Origin: an uncultured Planctomycetia bacterium
GTDB taxonomy: Bacteria > Omnitrophota > Gorgyraeia > Duberdicusellales > 4484-171
Assembly: GCA_964629655.1 (NCBI GenBank)
Contig: CAZVQU010000002.1
Location: 460,878-524,877 of the forward strand
Direction: 5' to 3'
Length of the DNA: 64,000 nucleotides
The notes under the pieces were generated by a model. That model did no database searches. It had not been told where the DNA came from and saw nothing but the letters and a program-made list of their open reading frames with translations. A program made the position numbers and the translations under genes. Numbering within the stretch: the first letter of the stretch is position 1; each line of letters begins with the position of its first letter. Below, one piece after another: positions 58,063-64,000 of the stretch.

Positions 58063-58977
58063 TTACTTTTTTAAAATATAGGTAAGAATCGCCTTTGCTG
58101 TATGCAGGCGATTTTCAGCCTGTTGAAAAACAACTGAATGCTTACCGTCGATAACTGAAGAGGTAATCTCCTCCCCGCGATGGGCCGGAAGACAATGCAT
58201 CACAATCGCATCATCCTTCGCCCTGTTTAAGATTTTATCATCGATTCGAAAGTTTTTAAAAGCTTTTTTTCGTTCCTTGGTCTCACCCTCTTTACCCATA
58301 GATGTCCAAACATCAGTATATAAAACATCGGCATCCTTGGCTACCTCGGCAGCAGAATCGGTAAGGTTAACTTTAGCTCCCGAAACCCTATGGTAACTTT
58401 TAACCTCATCTAGAATACTCTTATAGGGCCTATAACCCTTAGGAATAGCTAAGTGTAAATTCCCGCCTAAGACAGAAAAAGCATAGATTAAAGAATTACA
58501 GACATTATTACCATCACCAACATAAGCTACTTTTAGCTTTCTTAGGCTTCCTTTTAACTCTTGAATCGTCAGTATATCAGCTAAAGCCTGTGAAGGATGT
58601 AGGAGATCACTCAGAGCATTTACTACCGGAATTGAAGAGATTTCTGAGAATTTTAAAATGCTACCGTGAGAAAAAGTTCGCACCACTACTACATCCAAAT
58701 AGACCGAAAGCGTCCGGGCAACATCAGCAACCTCTTCCCGCTGGCCCAGCTTCACCTCTTGAGGAGAATAATAAATTGCCTTGGCACCTAGCTGTTGAGC
58801 TCCGATATAAAATGCAGTTTTAGTCCTTAGGGATGCTTTTTCAAAAAGTAAACCTACAGATTTTCCTTCAAGAATATTCTTAGATGTTTGAGGCTTCTTC
58901 TTCATCTGGGCAGCTAAATCTAGCATCTCACTCAGTTCTTTAGAAGAAAAATATTTTAGGGAAACAAAATGGCTCAT
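58063..58977 (-). CDS. argF: Ornithine carbamoyltransferase
   Basis: SLRT, HPSQ, GDGNNV, DVWTSMG, HCLP. Confidence 0.96.
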   Translation of the reverse strand: MSHFVSLKYFSSKELSEMLDLAAQMKKKPQTSKNILEGKSVGLLFEKASLRTKTAFYIGAQQLGAKAIYYSPQEVKLGQREEVADVARTLSVYLDVVVVRTFSHGSILKFSEISSIPVVNALSDLLHPSQALADILTIQELKGSLRKLKVAYVGDGNNVCNSLIYAFSVLGGNLHLAIPKGYRPYKSILDEVKSYHRVSGAKVNLTDSAAEVAKDADVLYTDVWTSMGKEGETKERKKAFKNFRIDDKILNRAKDDAIVMHCLPAHRGEEITSSVIDGKHSVVFQQAENRLHTAKAILTYILKK

Positions 58978-58988
58978 TGCAAAATGCT

Positions 58989-60167
58989 CTATTTAATTTT
59001 AACTTTTGCTAATACTTCTTTCAAAATCTTTAAACCTTTATCTAGCTCAAGCCTAGTAACATTTAAAGCCGGCATAATCCGTAATACTTTCTTATGGGTA
59101 GAGTTTATCAATAGCTTCTTTTTCAAGCACTCTAGGAATATCGGGCCAGAATCAATATCAAGCTCTAAACCGACCATAAGCCCTATACCGCGAAGGTCTT
59201 TAATAAAAGGAAACATTTTCTTAAAAGCATAGAGACGCTTTACGAGATAGCTTCCCATACCTTTGGCGTTGTTAATAAGTTTTTCCTCTTCAATAATCTT
59301 AAATACCTCCCGAGATACCTTACTTACCAATGGAGAACCGCCAAAGGTTGAAGCGTGCATACCCGGTTTTATTACGCCAGCTATTTTCTTCTTAACTACT
59401 AAAGCTGATATTGGCACTCCCGCGCCTAAACCCTTGGATAGGATTAACAGATCGGGAACTAAGTAGTAATTTTGATAGCAAAATAACTTAGCAGTCCGGC
59501 CCATGCCGGTCTGAACCTCATCGACAATAATAAGAATCTTTTTCTTCTTACAAAACTCCTGTAATTTGTGAACGTACTCCTTACCGGCAACATTTATTCC
59601 GCCCTCTCCCTGAATTAATTCCAAAATAACCGCTACGGTCTTAGGAGTAACTTTCTTTTTAAAGCTCTCAAAATCATTAAACTTAGCAACCTTGAAACCA
59701 GGCAAAACCGGTTTAAACGGCTCCTTATACACTTCTTGAGCAGTAGCAGAGAGCGCTCCAAAAGTCCGGCCATGAAAAGAATTCTTCATCGAAATTATCT
59801 CATAACGCTTGCCCCTACCAAAGATCCGGCTGAATTTAATTGCACCCTCTACAGCTTCAGCTCCGGAATTAGCAAAAAAGACCTTAGCCGGAAAACTCTT
59901 CTTGCTAATTTCTTGAGCTAACAGAGCCTGCTCCTTAAAATAAAGGTTATTGGGAAGATGAATCAGCTTCTTAACTTGTTCTCTCACAGCTCCAGCTACC
60001 CTTGGATGAGCATGGCCTAAGATAGAGACTCCCCAACCTGGAAAGAGATCTAAATACCTGGCTCCCTTATCATCCCAAAGCCAACTCCCCTTACCCCTAA
60101 CAAATACCGGTCCACACCGGGTGTAAGTATTTAAGCTATAATCCGTAAATAATTTTTTAATATCCAT
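58989..60167 (-). CDS. argD: Acetylornithine aminotransferase
   Basis: NSGAEA, SFHGRT, QGEGG, DEVQTG, HASTFGG. Confidence 0.95.
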   Translation of the reverse strand: MDIKKLFTDYSLNTYTRCGPVFVRGKGSWLWDDKGARYLDLFPGWGVSILGHAHPRVAGAVREQVKKLIHLPNNLYFKEQALLAQEISKKSFPAKVFFANSGAEAVEGAIKFSRIFGRGKRYEIISMKNSFHGRTFGALSATAQEVYKEPFKPVLPGFKVAKFNDFESFKKKVTPKTVAVILELIQGEGGINVAGKEYVHKLQEFCKKKKILIIVDEVQTGMGRTAKLFCYQNYYLVPDLLILSKGLGAGVPISALVVKKKIAGVIKPGMHASTFGGSPLVSKVSREVFKIIEEEKLINNAKGMGSYLVKRLYAFKKMFPFIKDLRGIGLMVGLELDIDSGPIFLECLKKKLLINSTHKKVLRIMPALNVTRLELDKGLKILKEVLAKVKIK

Positions 60168-60181
60168 CCTTTAACCTTTAA

Positions 60182-61033
60182 CTACTTTATAATCTCTGTG
60201 CTAATACCCTTATCAGTAAATATCTCCAGAAGAAGAGCATGAGGTATCTTAGCATCTACGATGTGAGCTTTATTTACTCCGGCACCGATTGCTGCGGCTG
60301 CTGCCCTTACTTTCGGAATCATTCCTTGGTCAATAGCTTCAGCTGAAACCAATTCCTCTATCTCAGCAGCGGTCATTGTCGAAATTAAAGAGTCCTCATC
60401 TTTAGGGTCCCTCATCACCCCTAAAACATTAGTAAGAAGGACTAATTTCTCAGCTTTAAGTTTAGAGGCTAAGAAAAAGGCAACCTCATCAGCATTAATA
60501 TTGTAGACATGCCCTTGGCTTGAAAAACCCATAGGGCAGATTACCGGAATGCTATCCTCAAGAGCCGCCTCTAGTTTTTTTCGGTCAAAATCAATTACAT
60601 CTCCGACAAAACCTAAATCAACACTACTCTTTTTCTTAGCTACCTCTAGGAGTTTGCTCTTTCCTTTAAACTTACGGGCTTTAACACCATGGCTGTCTAC
60701 CTCATGAGCAATTAGATCATTCAACTTATCAAGTTCACTCTCGACTACCTTTAAGGTATCCTTATTAGTGACCCGCATACCCTCTACAAACTCAGTTGTA
60801 ATTTTGCGTTCTTTCAGCTCTTCGGTAATATTAGGCCCTCCGCCGTGAACAATAACCGGCCTTATACCAGCAAACCTTAAGAAAGCAATATCTTCAAGAA
60901 CGCATTTGCGAACCCTCTCCTCACCTAGGATAGAACCGCCATACTTGATAACAAATATCTTCTTATGAAAGTTCTTTATGTAAGGTAAGGCCTCAATTAA
61001 AACATCAGCTTTTTTTATGGCTTCTTGTACCAT
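60182..61033 (-). CDS. argB: Acetylglutamate kinase
   Basis: EALPYI, KYGG, VHGGGP, NINAD, GMIPK. Confidence 0.98.
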   Translation of the reverse strand: MVQEAIKKADVLIEALPYIKNFHKKIFVIKYGGSILGEERVRKCVLEDIAFLRFAGIRPVIVHGGGPNITEELKERKITTEFVEGMRVTNKDTLKVVESELDKLNDLIAHEVDSHGVKARKFKGKSKLLEVAKKKSSVDLGFVGDVIDFDRKKLEAALEDSIPVICPMGFSSQGHVYNINADEVAFFLASKLKAEKLVLLTNVLGVMRDPKDEDSLISTMTAAEIEELVSAEAIDQGMIPKVRAAAAAIGAGVNKAHIVDAKIPHALLLEIFTDKGISTEIIK

Positions 61034-61041
61034 TTTTTCTC

Positions 61042-62124
61042 CTAGCTATATTCAGCATTAATTTTAACGTATTCCGGGGTTAAGTCACAGGTATATACTC
61101 TACCGGATGCTTTGCCCCTCTTTAAATTTACGCTTATCTTTACTTCCTTTTTTTTCAAAGATGTAGCTTTGATAGATATATTCTCTCCGACTTTAATACC
61201 AACCTGGCCTAAACTCGAGATAATCCTACCCCAATTAGCATTAGCTCCGTAGAGAGCAGACTTAAACAGCGGAGAATTTGCTAAAGACATGCCGGCCTTC
61301 TTAGCCTCAATGTTACTCTTAGCGCCCCTTATCTCTATTTCGACAAATTTGCTTGCGCCTTCGCCATCCTTAACAATCATCTTAGCCAGTGCCAGACAAA
61401 CCTCTCCTAGCTTCTGGCTAAATGCTTTTATCTGAGTCTTGCTCTTTAAACGAACTTTTGCGCTCGTTGCAACCAATACTGTATCATTAGTGCTCATACA
61501 ACCATCTACACTTATAGAGTTAAAACTTGAATCTACTACCTCCTTAACTATTTTCTTAAATAAACTCTGGCCGATATCGACATCAGTAATTATAAAACCT
61601 AACATTGTAGCCATGTTAGGGCAAATCATCCCTGCCCCTTTAGCAAAACCTAATATGCTAGCGCCGGCAGCTTTTGCCCCGGCTATTTTCATAAAGGTAT
61701 CAGTGGTAAGGATGCTCTGAGAAAAATTACTAGCGTTTTTGCCCAGCTTTCCTATCAACTTCCCAAAACTTTTTATTATTCTGTCCTTGGGTAATTTTTT
61801 GCCAATAATACCTGTAGACGCAAAAAGTATATTCGAAGTCTTTACTCCCAGCTTTTTTGCTAACCTCAAAGCAACATCCTCAGTATCCTTTAGCCCAGCC
61901 TTATGGGAATAGCAATTAGCATTACCGCTATTTACCAAGATTGCTTTTATCGGATTGTTGATATTCTTCTTGCAAAAAGTAACCGAATATGCCGGATTAG
62001 CACTAGCAGTAAATACACCGATAACCTTACAAGGCTCTTCGGCATAGATTAAGCCTAAATCTAACCTTTTCCGCTTTATCCCGCAATGGGTTCCTGAAAG
62101 CAGAAATCCCTTTGGTATCCTCAT
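61042..62124 (-). CDS. argJ: Ornithine acetyltransferase
   Basis: NSGNAN, STGIIG, TTDT, KGAGMI.PNMATML, DGEGA, NWGR. Confidence 0.97.
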   Translation of the reverse strand: MRIPKGFLLSGTHCGIKRKRLDLGLIYAEEPCKVIGVFTASANPAYSVTFCKKNINNPIKAILVNSGNANCYSHKAGLKDTEDVALRLAKKLGVKTSNILFASTGIIGKKLPKDRIIKSFGKLIGKLGKNASNFSQSILTTDTFMKIAGAKAAGASILGFAKGAGMICPNMATMLGFIITDVDIGQSLFKKIVKEVVDSSFNSISVDGCMSTNDTVLVATSAKVRLKSKTQIKAFSQKLGEVCLALAKMIVKDGEGASKFVEIEIRGAKSNIEAKKAGMSLANSPLFKSALYGANANWGRIISSLGQVGIKVGENISIKATSLKKKEVKISVNLKRGKASGRVYTCDLTPEYVKINAEYS

Positions 62125-63143
62125 AATAACCCCATAGTTTCATCCCAGCCTAACATTATATTCATATTCTGTACTGCCGAACCAGCTGCACCCTTGATAA
62201 GATTATCAATACAAGAAACTACAACTGCTTGCCTACCTGAAGCATTCAAAGCAAATCCAATATCACAGAAGTTTGTACCCACTACATCTCCTAGCTTAGG
62301 TAAGTCTTCCTTTATCCGCACAAACGAAGAATCTTGATAGTATTTTTTATAAATATTCTTAATCTCTTCCTTGCTAAGGCTTTTCTTAAAATTAATGTAG
62401 ATCGTAGAGTATATTCCGGCTTTCATTCCGGCAACATGGGGAATAAAAGAAAAATCAATACTCTCACCACTAGCCTCTTTTAAAACACTAAGTATCTCTG
62501 GTGTATGCTGATGGATGAAAGGTTTGTAAGCCCAAAAATTATTGGGAACATCCATATCTTTACACTCCAAAGCAGTCTTACGGCCAGCTCCGCTGATTGC
62601 TGAGGCAGAATCTGCGATAATCCTGCCCTCTAGGGCTGCTTCCTTAAGCAAAGGCAATAGCCCTAAGATAATCGAAGTAGGGTAACAACCAGGATTAGCC
62701 ACTAGATTGCTCTTAGCGATTTCTTTATGATTAACTTCAGCTAATCCATAGACTGCCTCCTTCAAGTTCGCCTGGTCTTTATGAGAAGTATTGTAATACT
62801 TCTGATATAGAGCGGTATCCTTAAGCCGATAGTCTGCTGAGAGATCTACTACCCTCTTGCCGGCCTCAATCAGGCTAGGAACAAAATCCATAGAAACCGT
62901 ATGGGGCAAAGAAAGAAAGAAAAAATCACTCCTGCTAAGGGCCTTGGTAACATCAAGAGGCTCACAGACAGCTTCAGTCTTGCCGGTGAAATTAGGAAAC
63001 AAGGTTTTATAGGCAACCGCTTCAGGCGTTCGTGAAGCCAAATAAGTAACCTCAACCTCAGGATGGCCAAGGAGAATTTCTACTAACTTCTCTCCGGTAA
63101 AGCCGGTAGCCCCTAATACCGCTACCTTTACTTTTTTGGACAT
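62121..63143 (-). CDS. argC: N-acetyl-gamma-glutamyl-phosphate reductase
   Basis: GATGFTG, DLSADYR, ANPGCYPT, DNL.KGAAG. Confidence 0.98.
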   Translation of the reverse strand: MSKKVKVAVLGATGFTGEKLVEILLGHPEVEVTYLASRTPEAVAYKTLFPNFTGKTEAVCEPLDVTKALSRSDFFFLSLPHTVSMDFVPSLIEAGKRVVDLSADYRLKDTALYQKYYNTSHKDQANLKEAVYGLAEVNHKEIAKSNLVANPGCYPTSIILGLLPLLKEAALEGRIIADSASAISGAGRKTALECKDMDVPNNFWAYKPFIHQHTPEILSVLKEASGESIDFSFIPHVAGMKAGIYSTIYINFKKSLSKEEIKNIYKKYYQDSSFVRIKEDLPKLGDVVGTNFCDIGFALNASGRQAVVVSCIDNLIKGAAGSAVQNMNIMLGWDETMGLL

Positions 63144-63193
63144 AACTTCTCCTATATAATATATACCTAAAATAGCCGCTAAAATGTAAGAGT

Positions 63194-63222
63194 ATATTAA
63201 ACTAAAATAGGCTTTCAGTCAA
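63194..63222 (-). promoter_or_regulatory. Promoter of the arg-lys operon
   Basis: TTGACT-N17-TAATAT on the minus strand. Confidence 0.6.
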
Positions 63223-63265
63223 TACAATTTAGATTTAGACCTTTATTTATCTGGATTATAGTACT

Positions 63266-63628
63266 TTAGGGGGCTAATTCTAAGATATCGCCGATTTCCA
63301 AAGTCCGATCAGAGCTCTTGCGAGCCGGAAGCTCTACAGCTATGGAAGATAAGGAAGAGAAGACTACTCTTCTTGGTCTTACCTCCGGGTATATATTTAC
63401 TACCTGCATTTTCTGATTTAAAAATACCACCTCTATGGGAAAACGCATAAAAAAAGTATGAATCGAAGAGGTGTGATAAAAAATAAGGGCCTCTTCTTGA
63501 TCAATGCTCTCTCTAAACATAAGTCCTTTAAGGCGCAGAAGAAAATTATCAGCTACCCTGGCTTTGGAAGCAATTAAACAATTCTTGCTCTTGTTAAAGA
63601 GATTATAAATTACTATTTTCTTAGGCAT
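63266..63628 (-). CDS. DUF192 family protein
   Basis: AD.F..R..GLM.R, IHTFFMRFPI.VVFL, VEL. Confidence 0.9.
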   Translation of the reverse strand: MPKKIVIYNLFNKSKNCLIASKARVADNFLLRLKGLMFRESIDQEEALIFYHTSSIHTFFMRFPIEVVFLNQKMQVVNIYPEVRPRRVVFSSLSSIAVELPARKSSDRTLEIGDILELAP

Positions 63629-63990
63629 TGATCTACCTCTTGGGGAATAGCTTGCGGCCTAAAATTACTAGTGATACAGACTAATTGAGTCTTGGCCTTA
63701 ACCAAGATTTGATCTCCTCTATTTATAGTCTGGGTAAACTCTAAAGTTGCATTCTTTACTTTAGTTATCGAGGCTGTGATAGTTAAAGTGTCAGCGTAGC
63801 GAGCCGGAGCTTTATAGTCAATCTCGACCCTTCTAACTGCAAAGAGAATTCCTGCCTCTGCTAACTTACCAATATCTACGCCTTTTTCCCTAAGTAGCTC
63901 TGTTCTAGCTTCTTCAAGATATCTAAGATAGTTAGCATAGTAAACTACACCGCCAGCATCAGTATCATGATAATATATTTTCTTCTCCAC
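63613..63990 (-). CDS. ybgC: YbgC/FadM-family acyl-CoA thioesterase
   Basis: YYHDTDAGGVVYYANYL...E.ARTE hotdog motif. Confidence 0.9.
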   Translation of the reverse strand: MEKKIYYHDTDAGGVVYYANYLRYLEEARTELLREKGVDIGKLAEAGILFAVRRVEIDYKAPARYADTLTITASITKVKNATLEFTQTINRGDQILVKAKTQLVCITSNFRPQAIPQEVDQCLRK

Positions 63991-64000
63991 TTCTCTTCTC

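Noticed and set aside
58063-58977. SLRT motif suggesting an acetyl- or succinyl-ornithine transcarbamylase
   Set aside because: The DxxxSMG ornithine-binding motif is intact and argJ is present, so ordinary ArgF fits

Overview
64 kb of bacterial chromosome with low-to-moderate GC. Every long supported CDS and the single tRNA lie on the minus strand. Gene order and fusions suggest a PVC-superphylum bacterium such as Omnitrophota; this is inference only. Most of the window is housekeeping. In transcription order (right to left): ybgC, DUF192, argCJBDFGH-lysA-dapFABL, a YbhB/YbcL protein, eno-ftsB-tRNA-fMet, a ~3 kb accessory islet, an OmpA/MotB operon, uppS-cdsA-dxr-rseP-ispG-proS-rimP-nusA-infB-trpS-scpA-ruvB-tgt-trmD-rplS-rnhB, fchA-folD-flavoprotein-guaB3-guaA, dnaE-HU-hisS-aspS, LysM-HD phosphodiesterase-ybeY-recO-queF-apbE-panB, purB-purSL-purQ-purM-purD-purE, tsaC/phosphatase fusion-rpiB-glyA-dCMP deaminase-nrdR-DUF151. 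The most unusual part is the AT-rich islet at 45.3-48.3 kb, just 3' of tRNA-fMet. It holds two diverged copies (~74% identical, counted by hand) of a ~125 bp promoter + short RNA + terminator module, 800 bp apart. It also holds three ORFs missed by the ORF track: a 27-aa MGCCC/Lys-rich peptide, a 40-aa lipoprotein, and a 105-aa lipoprotein that would need an ATT start. A candidate plus-strand sRNA and an orphan response regulator are also there. In the core genes, FolD lacks its cyclohydrolase residues and sits beside FchA, and AspRS and ProRS are minimal forms. No integrase, transposase, CRISPR array or rRNA was seen.
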